From Patescibacteria group bacterium (GTDB taxonomy: Bacteria > Patescibacteriota > Patescibacteriia > Veblenbacterales > UBA10138): a stretch of DNA of 64,000 nucleotides. The stretch is from NCBI GenBank assembly GCA_018817715.1, contig JAHITT010000001.1:109781-173780 (forward strand), read 5' to 3'. Both the position numbers and the translations under genes were made by a program. The notes under the pieces were generated by a model, which saw only the letters and a program-made list of their open reading frames with translations, did not search any database and was not told the origin of the DNA. Positions 44,689 through 54,786 of this stretch are shown one piece after another. Every line of letters starts with the position of its first letter. Position 1 is the first letter of the stretch.

Positions 44689-45966
44689 TTATAATTCATC
44701 ATAATCTCGCATAACCAACTGGGCATTTATTTGCCTAACCGTGTCAATAACTACCGACACCACGATTAACAAGGAAGTACCTCCAATAACCAAAAGCTGG
44801 GAACCGGTAACCACCTGCATACCCAAAGGCAAAACAGCAATCAAGCTTAAGAATAAGGCGCCGGGCAAAACTACTCGATTCATAGTTTGTGAAAGAAAAT
44901 CAACCGTGCTTTTACCAGGACGAATACCGGGTATAAAGCCACCTTGTTTTTGTAAATTCTCCGCTACCTGATCTGGTTTAAAAACGACTGAAGTATAAAA
45001 ATAAGTAAAAGCAAAAACTAAAATAAAATAAAATACACCATAAAATATCTGGTTCTGAAAAAGATTTATGGTAAATTCGGCTCCTTTAACTAACAAAGCT
45101 GATTGAGATTTAACAAAAAATTGAGCAATCATCGGCGGCACCAAGACTACAGAAATAGCAAAAATAATAGGAATAACGCCGGCCTGCAAAAGCCTTAGTG
45201 GTAAATAACTAGTAGCCCCGCCTAAAGTAGTGGAACCCCTAACCATACGAGCATAAGTTACCGGGATATTACGTTGAGCTTCAGTAACCACCACCACCGC
45301 CACCACAGTAAGTAAGGCTATGGCTATAAAAATAATAACGCTAAATAACTGAGTGGGGTCGTAAGTAGCAATAGTTTGTTGAATTTGTTTAGGCACCGAA
45401 GCTACGATACCGGCAAAAATCAATAAAGACACCCCGTTACCAATTTTCTTTTCGGAAATTATTTCACCCAACCAAACCAAAAAAACTGTACCCGCTGTTA
45501 CTGTTACTAAACTAGTAATAAGTTTTAAACCCTGCAAATCCGGTATTAACCCGCCCCCGCTTTGACTACGCAACAAAACCATAAAACTATAAGCTTGAAG
45601 CAAAGACAAAGGTACGGTTAACCAACGGGTATACTGGTTTATTTTTTGTTGACCAGCTTCACCTTCTTTAGACATTTCTTGCCACTTAGGTACTATCATG
45701 GTTAACAGTTGGACAATAATGGAGGCTGTTATATAAGGCCCCACACCCAACATAACCACAGAAAAATTTTCCAAACCACCACCAGAAAATATATTAAGCA
45801 AACCAAAAAATTGATTAGAGGCAAAAAAATTTCTTAAGCCAACAGCATCAACTCCTGGAATCGGTAAATGAGCCAATAAACGAAAAACTACCAAAATAAA
45901 AAGAACAAATAAAATATTATTTCTTAAATCCGGTGTTTTCCAAATTTGTTCTATCTTTTGCCACAT
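44689..45966 (-). CDS. secY: preprotein translocase subunit SecY
   Basis: LGVGPYITASII, GNGVSL, GVIPIIFA, IPGIRPG, GGTSLLIVV. Confidence 0.98.
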   Translation of the reverse strand: MWQKIEQIWKTPDLRNNILFVLFILVVFRLLAHLPIPGVDAVGLRNFFASNQFFGLLNIFSGGGLENFSVVMLGVGPYITASIIVQLLTMIVPKWQEMSKEGEAGQQKINQYTRWLTVPLSLLQAYSFMVLLRSQSGGGLIPDLQGLKLITSLVTVTAGTVFLVWLGEIISEKKIGNGVSLLIFAGIVASVPKQIQQTIATYDPTQLFSVIIFIAIALLTVVAVVVVTEAQRNIPVTYARMVRGSTTLGGATSYLPLRLLQAGVIPIIFAISVVLVPPMIAQFFVKSQSALLVKGAEFTINLFQNQIFYGVFYFILVFAFTYFYTSVVFKPDQVAENLQKQGGFIPGIRPGKSTVDFLSQTMNRVVLPGALFLSLIAVLPLGMQVVTGSQLLVIGGTSLLIVVSVVIDTVRQINAQLVMRDYDEL

Positions 45967-45987
45967 AATCTAAATCTAATTAAATGG

Positions 45988-46440
45988 CTATTTAACAGCC
46001 ACAATCTCTACTTGACCACCAGCTGCTTCCACAACCGCCTGAGCGCCCTTAGAAACAGCCTGAACCTTAACTTTTAACTTAACAGTTAATTTAGTATTAC
46101 CAATTAACTTTAATGGCCGAACCGGACCACGAACCAAACGTTTACTCTTTAAAAAAGAATAATCTACCACTGTCCCGTCGGGAAAAGTAGCTAAACGATC
46201 AATAGTCACCGTAGCAAAACTTTTTTGCAAACTCTTAAAACCCCTAACTTTAGGTAAACGAGCAACAAAATGCTTAACACCTAACTGACCCAAACCTTTA
46301 CGTCCACCTTGCCTGGCTCGTTGACCTTTTAAGCCTCGAGTAGAATAAGTACCATGACCAGAAGCATTACCACGGCCTAAACGTTTCTTAGAACGCCTTG
46401 ATTTGGCTGGGGATCTTAAACTGTTTAAAGCTAATACCAT
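45988..46440 (-). CDS. rplO: 50S ribosomal protein L15
   Basis: RLGRGNASGHGTYSTRGLKGQRAR, RLPKVRGF. Confidence 0.97.
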   Translation of the reverse strand: MVLALNSLRSPAKSRRSKKRLGRGNASGHGTYSTRGLKGQRARQGGRKGLGQLGVKHFVARLPKVRGFKSLQKSFATVTIDRLATFPDGTVVDYSFLKSKRLVRGPVRPLKLIGNTKLTVKLKVKVQAVSKGAQAVVEAAGGQVEIVAVK

Positions 46441-46444
46441 AATT

Positions 46445-46951
46445 TTATTTCTTAACAATCTTCATACGGCTAAAAGCGGCTAAAACAGCCCGCACATTAT
46501 TTATTTTATTGGCTGAGCCTAATATTTTAGAAACCACGTTAGGCACACCAGCTAATTCCAAAACTATTCTAACTGGACCACCAGCAATTATACCAGTACC
46601 AACTTTAGCTGGTCTTAATAAAACTTTAGCGCTCTTATATTTTATTGTAGTTTCGTGGGGCAAAGTTTCACCTCTTAAAGGCACACTAATTAAATCCCGC
46701 TTGGCTTTAGTAGTCGCTTTGCTAATAGCTAAACTGACATCAGCACCTTTAGCTAAGCCAGCGCCCACTTTTCCTTTACGGTCGCCTACTACTACTAAGG
46801 CCCGAAAACGCATCCTTTTACCACCGGCCATAACACGAGTAACCCTGGACAATTCCACTATTCGTTGATCAAATTCGTCTTCTACTCTGTCCCGTCTAGG
46901 GCCACGCCGGCCAAAACCGCGCCTGTCATTTTGTGATTTTTGCATAACCAT
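46445..46951 (-). CDS. rpsE: 30S ribosomal protein S5
   Basis: RVTRVMAGGKRMRF, GTGIIAGG. Confidence 0.98.
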   Translation of the reverse strand: MVMQKSQNDRRGFGRRGPRRDRVEDEFDQRIVELSRVTRVMAGGKRMRFRALVVVGDRKGKVGAGLAKGADVSLAISKATTKAKRDLISVPLRGETLPHETTIKYKSAKVLLRPAKVGTGIIAGGPVRIVLELAGVPNVVSKILGSANKINNVRAVLAAFSRMKIVKK

Positions 46952-46964
46952 AATATATTTTTAC

Positions 46965-47318
46965 CTAAAATTTCAAACCCGCTTGCCTGAGGCTTTCAGC
47001 CAAAGCTTTTACCCGGCCATGATAAGCAAAACCAGCTCGATCAAAGACCGCTTCCTTGATACCTAATTTAACTAATTTTTCCCCTAATAACTGGCCCACT
47101 TGAGCCGCTATAGCCAAAGGTTTAAGTTCTTTTTTAAGGTCTAATTCCTTATCTAAAACTGACACTATAGTATGGCCTTTAACATCATCTATAGCTTGAG
47201 CCGAAATATGTTTTAAACTGCGCCACACCACCACCCGCGGACAAGCCGCCGTACCATTGACATGACTTCTAACCCGCTTATGGCGATGGATACGATTTTG
47301 AGATCGAGAATTATTCAT
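46965..47318 (-). CDS. rplR: 50S ribosomal protein L18
   Basis: FDRAGFAYHGRVKALAE. Confidence 0.98.
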   Translation of the reverse strand: MNNSRSQNRIHRHKRVRSHVNGTAACPRVVVWRSLKHISAQAIDDVKGHTIVSVLDKELDLKKELKPLAIAAQVGQLLGEKLVKLGIKEAVFDRAGFAYHGRVKALAESLRQAGLKF

Positions 47319-47329
47319 AAAATATTTTC

Positions 47330-47881
47330 CTACTTAGCGCCAGCTGCCTTAACTACTTTGCCGGCCTTACGACGAATAACTTCATTAAGATATTTTATAC
47401 CCTTACCTTTATAAGGCTCTGGTTTGCGCAAAGCCCTTATTTCGGCGGCTACCTGACCAACTTCTTGCTTATTAGCGCCAGTTAAAATGATAATGTTTTT
47501 TTCTACTTTAGCACTAATATTTTTAGGAATATCAAAACGAACTGGATGAGAAAAACCCAAATTAAAAACTAAAGTTTCCCCTTCTATTTGAACCTTAAAA
47601 CCAATACCCGATAATTCCAAAGATTTACTATAACCTTCGTGGACACCTTGAACAGCATTAGCAACTAATTGCCGAGCTAAACCCCATAAAGCCCGTTGTG
47701 CTCGGTCAGAGCTATCGGTCACACTAACCGATAAAACATTGTCCGTCTGTTGTACCTTAACCCGACCAGGCAATTGTTCGGTTACTTCACCTTTGGGGCC
47801 TTTAGCGGTAAAGGATCGACCAACTATAGTCACTTGAACACCGGCTGGTATATTAATTGGTAATTTTCCTAATCTAGACAT
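47330..47881 (-). CDS. rplF: 50S ribosomal protein L6
   Basis: MSRLGK, PEPYKGKGI. Confidence 0.98.
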   Translation of the reverse strand: MSRLGKLPINIPAGVQVTIVGRSFTAKGPKGEVTEQLPGRVKVQQTDNVLSVSVTDSSDRAQRALWGLARQLVANAVQGVHEGYSKSLELSGIGFKVQIEGETLVFNLGFSHPVRFDIPKNISAKVEKNIIILTGANKQEVGQVAAEIRALRKPEPYKGKGIKYLNEVIRRKAGKVVKAAGAK

Positions 47882-47889
47882 AAATTTCT

Positions 47890-48276
47890 TTAATAAATTT
47901 CACAAATTACCTCACCACCTAATTTAGCTGCCCGGGCTTTTTTGTTGGTCATTAAACCTTGGGATGTTGAAACTATCGCTATACCCAAACCCGATAAAAC
48001 TTTAGGCAAAGAATCGCTTTTAACATAATGCCGTCGACCAGGCTTGCTGATTCTTTTTAAATTTTGAATGGCTGGCTTACCTTTAAGATACTTTAAAGAT
48101 ATTACCAAAGACCTCTTTGGCGAAGTTTCTTCACCAATCGCTTCAATATAACCTTCATCTAATAATATTTGAGCTAGCCCAGCCTTAAGGTTGGAATAAG
48201 GCACCAGCACCCGGCTCTTATTTACTAGAGCGGCGTTGCGAATTCGAGCTAACATGTCACTAATTGGATCTGTCAT
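47890..48276 (-). CDS. rpsH: 30S ribosomal protein S8
   Basis: DPISDMLARIRNA, SKPGRR, GGEVIC. Confidence 0.98.
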   Translation of the reverse strand: MTDPISDMLARIRNAALVNKSRVLVPYSNLKAGLAQILLDEGYIEAIGEETSPKRSLVISLKYLKGKPAIQNLKRISKPGRRHYVKSDSLPKVLSGLGIAIVSTSQGLMTNKKARAAKLGGEVICEIY

Positions 48277-48297
48277 AAACTAAAAATGGAATATAAA

Positions 48298-48492
48298 TTA
48301 CCAGCTGGCTTTTGTAATACCGGGTATTTCACCGTTATTGGCCAATTCTCTAAAACAAATACGGCACATATTAAAATCTCTCATATAACCATGCTTTCGA
48401 CCACAACGCCAACAACGCCTCACTATACGAGTAGAGTATTTTGCCTTAGTTAGAGAACGGCGAGATTTTACTTCTTGAGCGGTTGTAGACAT
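48298..48492 (-). CDS. rpsN: 30S ribosomal protein S14 (type Z, zinc-binding)
   Basis: [24 protein letters not shown]. Confidence 0.98.
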   Translation of the reverse strand: MSTTAQEVKSRRSLTKAKYSTRIVRRCWRCGRKHGYMRDFNMCRICFRELANNGEIPGITKASW

Positions 48493-48500
48493 AATCTTGT

Positions 48501-49049
48501 TTACTTACTAAAAGGGAAACCCAACAATTCAAATAAACGTAAAGTTAAATCACGGGCTCGACCACTAGTTACGACTGTAACTTCCAAACCGTGTAAGGCT
48601 TCTATTTCGTCAGACCTAATTTCCGGAAAAACTACGTGTTCTTTAAAACCAATAGTTAAATTACCCTGCTGATCAATTATTTTTTTGGATAAACCTCGAA
48701 AATCCCTAACCCGAGGCAAAGTAATATTGACAAACCTATCCAAAAAATCATACATTCTTTGGCCACGCAAAGTTACACTAACACCCACCACCATACCTTC
48801 CCGAATCTTAAAATTAGAAATAGACTTCTTGGCTTTAGTAAAAACCGGTTTTTGTCCGCTAATACGCTGTAAAGTTTTAAAAGCATTTTCCTGTTGTTTA
48901 GTATCACTTAAAACCTTACCTAAACCAATATTCAGAACTACTTTTTGCAATCGAGGCATTTGCATAATATTTTGCAAAGAAAATTCCTTTTGCAAAACTA
49001 ACCAAGCGGCCTGCCACAAATCTTTAATTGTTTTATGATTTTCTTTCAT
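48501..49049 (-). CDS. rplE: 50S ribosomal protein L5
   Basis: [28 protein letters not shown]. Confidence 0.98.
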   Translation of the reverse strand: MKENHKTIKDLWQAAWLVLQKEFSLQNIMQMPRLQKVVLNIGLGKVLSDTKQQENAFKTLQRISGQKPVFTKAKKSISNFKIREGMVVGVSVTLRGQRMYDFLDRFVNITLPRVRDFRGLSKKIIDQQGNLTIGFKEHVVFPEIRSDEIEALHGLEVTVVTSGRARDLTLRLFELLGFPFSK

Positions 49050-49052
49050 AGA

Positions 49053-49382
49053 TTAAATAGTCACTAATGATTGCTTACAACGATGGCATAACCTGACTTT
49101 TTTACCATCAGTAGTCGTTGATAAAGTAATTCTGGTTCCTTTGCTACAATGCGGACAAACCACCATCAACTTATTAGCCTTTAAAGGAGCGGCAAACTGC
49201 ACTTTACTACCACCCTGCCCCTTACCACTGGCTTTTAAATGCTTAAACCTCAAATTTACTCCCTCCACCACTACTAAACTTTCCTCGGGAAAAACTTGGG
49301 TTACCTTACCTTGTTTACCCTTGTCTCGTCCAGCTAAAACCTTAACAATATCATTTTTCTTTATTTTTAACTTAATAAACAT
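49053..49382 (-). CDS. rplX: 50S ribosomal protein L24
   Basis: KOW motif GRDKGKQGKV, VEGVN. Confidence 0.97.
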   Translation of the reverse strand: MFIKLKIKKNDIVKVLAGRDKGKQGKVTQVFPEESLVVVEGVNLRFKHLKASGKGQGGSKVQFAAPLKANKLMVVCPHCSKGTRITLSTTTDGKKVRLCHRCKQSLVTI

Positions 49383-49391
49383 AAGCGTAAA

Positions 49392-49763
49392 TTACAAAAC
49401 CTCGGGAGCTAAAGAAACAATCTTTTGAAAACCCTTATTTCTTAATTCTCGAGCAATCGGACCAAAAATACGAGTGCCCTTAGGTTCCTTGGATTTTTTA
49501 TCAATAATCACTATAGCATTTTCATCAAACCTAACATAAGACCCATCAGTTCTCCTTTGTTCCTTACGTGTCCTGACCACAACCGCTGTAACCACTTCAC
49601 TTTTTTTAACCATACCATGCGGTTCAGCTGATTTTATTACGGCTGTTATCAAATCACCAATTCGAGCATAACGTTTTTTGTAACCACCTAAAACACGTAT
49701 ACATTGAACCTTCTTGGCTCCTGTATTATCGGCTACTTTTAACATGGATCTAAGTTGTATCAT
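49392..49763 (-). CDS. rplN: 50S ribosomal protein L14
   Basis: [28 protein letters not shown]. Confidence 0.98.
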   Translation of the reverse strand: MIQLRSMLKVADNTGAKKVQCIRVLGGYKKRYARIGDLITAVIKSAEPHGMVKKSEVVTAVVVRTRKEQRRTDGSYVRFDENAIVIIDKKSKEPKGTRIFGPIARELRNKGFQKIVSLAPEVL

Positions 49764-49770
49764 AAAATAT

Positions 49771-50028
49771 TTACTTTAATTTACCAACAATACGCCAACG
49801 CTTAAGGCGTGATAACGGACGAGTAGCTTCCAAAATTACTTTATCACCCAATTTATATTCATTTTTTTCATCATGCGCATGATAACGTTGGCTTAAACGA
49901 ATCCGTTTACCATATTTAGGATGAACAACCACTCTTTCCACCTTAACCACCCGAGTTTTATCGGTTTTAGCCGATACCACCAAGCCTTCTAAGCTACGTT
50001 TAATTTTATTTGTCTTAACTAAAATCAT
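49771..50028 (-). CDS. rpsQ: 30S ribosomal protein S17
   Basis: [24 protein letters not shown]. Confidence 0.97.
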   Translation of the reverse strand: MILVKTNKIKRSLEGLVVSAKTDKTRVVKVERVVVHPKYGKRIRLSQRYHAHDEKNEYKLGDKVILEATRPLSRLKRWRIVGKLK

Positions 50029-50045
50029 ATAATACCAATTATTTA

Positions 50046-50237
50046 TTAACCCTTCTGCTGAGCTGTTTTAAAACGAGCAATCTGTTTACGGATTTTTCTT
50101 ATACTACGAACATCTTTAAGATCTTGTTGAGCCACCCGCAAACGCAAAGCCCTTAATTCTTGAACAGCCTGGGCCAATTTTTGCTCCAATTGCCCTTTAT
50201 CTAAATTATCTTCTGTTTTAGGAGTTTGTTTAGTCAT
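50046..50237 (-). CDS. rpmC: 50S ribosomal protein L29
   Basis: Operon position; IRKIRKQIARFKT. Confidence 0.93.
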   Translation of the reverse strand: MTKQTPKTEDNLDKGQLEQKLAQAVQELRALRLRVAQQDLKDVRSIRKIRKQIARFKTAQQKG

Positions 50238-50242
50238 ACAAA

Positions 50243-50653
50243 TTATACCTTTTTAACTATAGTAGTTTTAACCGGCAATTTAAAAGAGGCCAACCGAAAA
50301 GCTGTAGAGGCTTCTTCATCATTTACACCACCAAGCTCAAACATAATCGTACCAGGCTTAATGGGCGCCACATAATGATCCACCGCACCTTTACCACCAC
50401 CCATACGTATTTCATTACCCTTAACAGTAATTGATTTATCCGGAAAAATCCTAATCCATAATTTACCCTTACGTTGCAGGCTACCAGTAATCGCCCGACG
50501 AGCCGCTTCTATCTGACGCGACGTTATCCAATTAGCTTCCAAAGACTTCAGGCCAAAGCTACCAAAACTTAAATTAATCTTTTGGCTGGCTTTACCTTTA
50601 ATTTGATCGCCTCGATGATGCTTGCGATATTTTACTTTCTTAGGAATCAACAT
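50243..50653 (-). CDS. rplP: 50S ribosomal protein L16
   Basis: RQIEAARRA, WIRIFPD, RMGGGKG. Confidence 0.98.
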   Translation of the reverse strand: MLIPKKVKYRKHHRGDQIKGKASQKINLSFGSFGLKSLEANWITSRQIEAARRAITGSLQRKGKLWIRIFPDKSITVKGNEIRMGGGKGAVDHYVAPIKPGTIMFELGGVNDEEASTAFRLASFKLPVKTTIVKKV

Positions 50654-50666
50654 AAAAACTAATTAA

Positions 50667-51365
50667 TTAACGATTGAACCGGCCGCGACGGCCAAAAGAT
50701 GGACGATGGGGCGGTGTTGACATTATAGAATTTGTCCCACCCTCGCCTCGATTAATCCAAACCTTTATACCTAAAACACCATAAGTCGTCTTGGCTGTAG
50801 TGCGAGCGTAATCAACTTCGGCACGTAAAGTATGTAAGGGCACCTTACCAACGCTTAATTTTTCACTACGAGCTATTTCGGCACCATTCAAACGACCGCC
50901 GACCATTACCTTAACACCCAAAGCACCCGACTTCATTACTTGATCAATAGCCTGTTTCATTACCCTTCTAAAAGGCATTCTTTTTTCTAATTCTAAAGCC
51001 ATATTCTCCGCCACAATTTCCGGAGACAACATGGGATTGGTAACTTCTTGAATATTAAGTTGCAAATTTTGACCAATTTTTAAAAATTTATCTTTCATTT
51101 CTTTTTTTAAATCTTCAGCACCAGCACCCCCTCGACCAATCACTAAACCCGGTTTAGCCGTCTGAATATTAACTGTTAAACTGTTAGCACCTCTTTCCAC
51201 TTCTAAACCAGCCACTGACGCGCCACGTAGTTTTTTTCTTAACCAACGTCTTAATCTGACATCTACTTCTACCATCTCACTGTATTCACGTTCGTTAAAC
51301 CATTTTGACTTCCAGGTATATAAGATTCCCATTCGGAAAATTTTTGGATGTACTTTCTGTCCCAT
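50667..51365 (-). CDS. rpsC: 30S ribosomal protein S3
   Basis: MGQKVHP, GRLNGAEIAR, PLHTLRA. Confidence 0.98.
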   Translation of the reverse strand: MGQKVHPKIFRMGILYTWKSKWFNEREYSEMVEVDVRLRRWLRKKLRGASVAGLEVERGANSLTVNIQTAKPGLVIGRGGAGAEDLKKEMKDKFLKIGQNLQLNIQEVTNPMLSPEIVAENMALELEKRMPFRRVMKQAIDQVMKSGALGVKVMVGGRLNGAEIARSEKLSVGKVPLHTLRAEVDYARTTAKTTYGVLGIKVWINRGEGGTNSIMSTPPHRPSFGRRGRFNR

Positions 51366-51367
51366 AT

Positions 51368-51724
51368 CTATTTTTTACTAGCTGATTTAGGAGCCACATC
51401 GCTTAAAACAACCTTAATGTGACTGGTTGGCCGTCTTAAAGGCGTGGCTCGACCCATGGCTTTAGGTTGCCAACGCTTTAAAACAGGTCCTTGATTAACT
51501 TGAATAGTTTTAACCCACCAATCAGACGGCTCCAATTTTAAATTAGATTTTCCGTTAGCGGCCGCTGATTTTATTAATTTAATTACCGGCTTGGCTGAGC
51601 CCTTACTTAAATTATTTAACTGACGCTCGGCCTCCGCCAAAGTCTTACCACGCACCAAATCAATTACTAATTTGACTTTGCGGGGAGATAATCTGGTGAA
51701 TTTTAATTGTGCTTGTACTTCCAT
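51368..51724 (-). CDS. rplV: 50S ribosomal protein L22
   Basis: SPRKVKLV.DLVRG, SAAAN, TSHI. Confidence 0.98.
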   Translation of the reverse strand: MEVQAQLKFTRLSPRKVKLVIDLVRGKTLAEAERQLNNLSKGSAKPVIKLIKSAAANGKSNLKLEPSDWWVKTIQVNQGPVLKRWQPKAMGRATPLRRPTSHIKVVLSDVAPKSASKK

Positions 51725-51733
51725 AAATCTAAA

Positions 51734-52066
51734 TTATTTCTTAGGAGTGACTACTGGGGCAGCCACTGGCTTAGCAGCTACAGCAGCGGCGGCGGCTTGT
51801 TCCTTAGCCATCCTACCACCGTGACCAGTGAATTTACGGGTTGGAGAAAACTCGCCCAACTTATGACCGACCATATCTTCCACCACCAAAACCGGTATAT
51901 GAATCCGACCATTATGAACACCAATAGTAAAACCGACCATTTCTGGAGTAATAACTGAATCGCGTGACCAAGTTTTTATAATAGTCTTATCGCCCACCTT
52001 TAATCTACCTAATTTAATAAGTAGTTTGGCATTGACAAATGGTCCTTTTTTTAAACTTCTAGACAT
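51734..52066 (-). CDS. rpsS: 30S ribosomal protein S19
   Basis: [23 protein letters not shown]. Confidence 0.98.
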   Translation of the reverse strand: MSRSLKKGPFVNAKLLIKLGRLKVGDKTIIKTWSRDSVITPEMVGFTIGVHNGRIHIPVLVVEDMVGHKLGEFSPTRKFTGHGGRMAKEQAAAAAVAAKPVAAPVVTPKK

Positions 52067-52077
52067 ATAAAATTCTA

Positions 52078-52917
52078 TTAACGTCTCCTCTTAGAACGAC
52101 GACTAACAATAAACCTATTAGAAGCTTTAGTTGACCGTCTGGTCTTAACACCTAAAGCTGGTTTACCCCAAGGTGTCTTAGGGTGTTTAAGACCAATAGG
52201 ATTATGGCCTTCACCACCACCATGAGGATGATCCACTGGATTCATAGCCTTACCTCGTACCGTCGGTTTAAAACCCATATGACGCCTGCGACCAGCTTTA
52301 CCCAATCTAACATTGGAGTGATCTATATTACCAACTTGACCAACTGTTGCCAAGCAACCATTAGCTACATCTCTTATTTCCCCTGAAGGCAACTTTAATC
52401 TTACTAAACCAGTCTCACTGGACATAACAATCGCCCAAGCTCCAGCTGATTTTACCATTACGCCGCCCTGTCCGGGAGTCAATTCAATATCATGCACCTG
52501 AACCCCGACTGGTATATGTTTTAAAGGTAAGCGATTACCAGTTTTTATTTCTATAAATTTCTGTGATGACATTATTTTGTCACCAACTTTAAGTCCAGTA
52601 GGAGCCAAAATATAACTTCGGCTACCATCACTATAAACAAGTAAAGCTAAATTAGCCGTCCGATTAGGATCATAGGCCAACAACTCTACTTTAGCTTCCA
52701 AATCATATTTTTGACGCTTAGAATCTACCTCCCTTAATAATCGTTTAGCTCCCCCGCCACGATGCCGCACGGTAATACGACCTTGAGCATTTCGTCCGGC
52801 CTTAGAAGTTTTGCCCTTAGTTAAACTCTTAAGTGGCCTTGACTTACTAACTTCCGACAACAAAACACCGGCATGGCGCCTTCCTGGAGTAGTTGGTTTG
52901 TAATTCTTAACTGGCAT
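52078..52917 (-). CDS. rplB: 50S ribosomal protein L2
   Basis: [29 protein letters not shown]. Confidence 0.99.
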   Translation of the reverse strand: MPVKNYKPTTPGRRHAGVLLSEVSKSRPLKSLTKGKTSKAGRNAQGRITVRHRGGGAKRLLREVDSKRQKYDLEAKVELLAYDPNRTANLALLVYSDGSRSYILAPTGLKVGDKIMSSQKFIEIKTGNRLPLKHIPVGVQVHDIELTPGQGGVMVKSAGAWAIVMSSETGLVRLKLPSGEIRDVANGCLATVGQVGNIDHSNVRLGKAGRRRHMGFKPTVRGKAMNPVDHPHGGGEGHNPIGLKHPKTPWGKPALGVKTRRSTKASNRFIVSRRSKRRR

Positions 52918-52927
52918 ATCTTAAATA

Positions 52928-53269
52928 CTAAATAGATTTAGTTGTTTGTAAAGTTTGACCAGGCGCTAAACGAACTGTCATAATACGACGAATCCTAGTC
53001 TGACCAATGTTACGACCACGTCGAACAGTCTTACGTGGTAAATTACGGGCATTAACCGCTATCACTCGCACACCATGAGCCGATTCAATTGCTTTTTTAA
53101 CAACGATTTTAGAAACACCTGGTTTCACTTTAAAACTGTATTGACCCTGGGACTGCAAACGAGTAGCTTTTTCCGAAACTTGTGGCAACAATAAAACAGC
53201 TGGAGCCTTAGTTATTTTCTTAGGCAAGCTAAAGGTTTTTATTTTAGGTTTTTTCTTTAATAAAGCCAT
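52928..53269 (-). CDS. rplW: 50S ribosomal protein L23
   Basis: PQVSEKA, YSFKV; operon position. Confidence 0.93.
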   Translation of the reverse strand: MALLKKKPKIKTFSLPKKITKAPAVLLLPQVSEKATRLQSQGQYSFKVKPGVSKIVVKKAIESAHGVRVIAVNARNLPRKTVRRGRNIGQTRIRRIMTVRLAPGQTLQTTKSI

Positions 53270-53275
53270 AAAATT

Positions 53276-53920
53276 TTACTTAACCGCTTTTAAAACTCTG
53301 GTCATTAATTCCTGCAAAGCGTCTTCCGAAATTAACCAATGTGGTAGTTTTATACCATCATAAGAATTAAATTGCCTTACTGACATTATATTGGCACCAG
53401 GAATATTATTAAAACCGCGTCGTAAAGCCTTTTCCTTGTCCGACAATAAAAGTAAATACTTTTTTCTGGGCACAGCTAAGGCTTTAATAATTTCCACAAA
53501 AACTTTAGTTTTATCCGCCTGGGGCCAAGCTTTAACCACTGTTACTCGACCAGCTGATAAATAATCTTTCACCGTCATAACAGCGGCAGCGGATTTTAAT
53601 TTAGTTGGCAAGCTTTGACTGTGGTCTCGTTGTTTCCGTGGGCCAAAAACTACACCACCACCCACCCATAAAGGCGACCTAATAGAACCATGTCTGGCTC
53701 GGCCGGTGCCCTTTTGCTTCCAAGGTTTTTTACCACCACCTCTAACTTCGCTACGATTTTTAGTATGAGCCGTATCAGCGCGACGATTAGCTTGATAAGC
53801 CACTACCACTTGATGCACCACTGATGGTTTAACCACCACTGCTTGCAAAGCCTCGGGCAAATTTACTTCCCCGACTGACTTACCTTTATTATCTAAAATG
53901 GAAATTTTTGCGTCTGACAT
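53276..53920 (-). CDS. rplD: 50S ribosomal protein L4
   Basis: GGGKKPWKQKGTGRARHGSIRSP. Confidence 0.98.
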   Translation of the reverse strand: MSDAKISILDNKGKSVGEVNLPEALQAVVVKPSVVHQVVVAYQANRRADTAHTKNRSEVRGGGKKPWKQKGTGRARHGSIRSPLWVGGGVVFGPRKQRDHSQSLPTKLKSAAAVMTVKDYLSAGRVTVVKAWPQADKTKVFVEIIKALAVPRKKYLLLLSDKEKALRRGFNNIPGANIMSVRQFNSYDGIKLPHWLISEDALQELMTRVLKAVK

Positions 53921-53921
53921 A

Positions 53922-54536
53922 TTATTTCTCAGCTACAATTGATACCAAACCTTTAAAAGCTCCCGGCACCGCTCCTTTAACTAACAACTCATTATTGGCG
54001 GCATCCACACCCATAATTTCTAAATTATGAACAGTAACTTTTTGGCCACCCATTCGACCGGCCATGCGCATACCCTTACGGACATGTTGCACTCCACCAG
54101 CACCGATTGAACCCGGCATACGAGATTGATCTTTATGGCCGTGACTAGAAGGATGACCCTTAAAACCATGGCGCTTAACCACACCTTGAAAACCTAAGCC
54201 TTTGGCCTTAGCAGTTATAGCCACCTTATCACCTAATTGAAACTGATTAACATCCAAAACCTGGCCAATTTCTAAATTAGTTTCCGTCGGAATATCAAAC
54301 TCTTGCAAATGCCTTAAATTTTTACCTACAGCCTTAAGATGACCTTGCAAGGGTTTGCTAACTTTCTTCTTTTCGGCAAAACCGACCTGAACCGCTCTGT
54401 AACCATCTTTATCATCTTCTTTAATTTGAGTAACCCAACAAGGCCCAGCTTTTAACCTAGTTACAGCCACTGCTTGGCCGTCTGGTAAAAAGAGACGTTC
54501 CATATTCTGTTTATGAGCAAGAATCAATTTAGACAT
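53922..54536 (-). CDS. rplC: 50S ribosomal protein L3
   Basis: DGYRAVQVG, KGLGFQGVVKRHGF, PGSIG, VKGAVPG. Confidence 0.98.
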   Translation of the reverse strand: MSKLILAHKQNMERLFLPDGQAVAVTRLKAGPCWVTQIKEDDKDGYRAVQVGFAEKKKVSKPLQGHLKAVGKNLRHLQEFDIPTETNLEIGQVLDVNQFQLGDKVAITAKAKGLGFQGVVKRHGFKGHPSSHGHKDQSRMPGSIGAGGVQHVRKGMRMAGRMGGQKVTVHNLEIMGVDAANNELLVKGAVPGAFKGLVSIVAEK

Positions 54537-54550
54537 AAATACTTTAAGTA

Positions 54551-54680
54551 CTAAAAAACCGCTTAACTTATCTTAATGTAAAACAATAACCAACTTGACT
54601 GACTGCTCCAATAAGTAAACGGTTTCATAAATATTTTCTGATTTAGTAGCTGTGAATTTAACTTCTAAGTTGGTAATTAT
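54551..54680 (-). promoter_or_regulatory. candidate rplC leader/attenuator
   Basis: GAAACCGTTTACTTATT pairs with GATAAGT(T)AAGCGGTTTT, ending in a U-run just before rplC; TATAAT near 54676-54681. Confidence 0.45.
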
Positions 54681-54684
54681 ACTC

Positions 54685-54780
54685 CTAATAACCCTTATTT
54701 TTAAATTGGCTAGCTAGCGATTGCAGGTTTGTTTTCTTGGGAAAACACCGTACACAAGGCCAAAGCTAAAGGGTCACCAA
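54685..54780 (-). ncRNA. candidate ~96-nt structured RNA after rpsJ
   Basis: 12-bp closing stem TTGGTGACCCTT/AAGGGTTATTAG with 4 G-U pairs (valid only on the minus strand); inner TTGGC/GCCAA and GTTTTC-CCAA-GAAAAC. Confidence 0.4.
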
Positions 54781-54786
54781 TTAATT

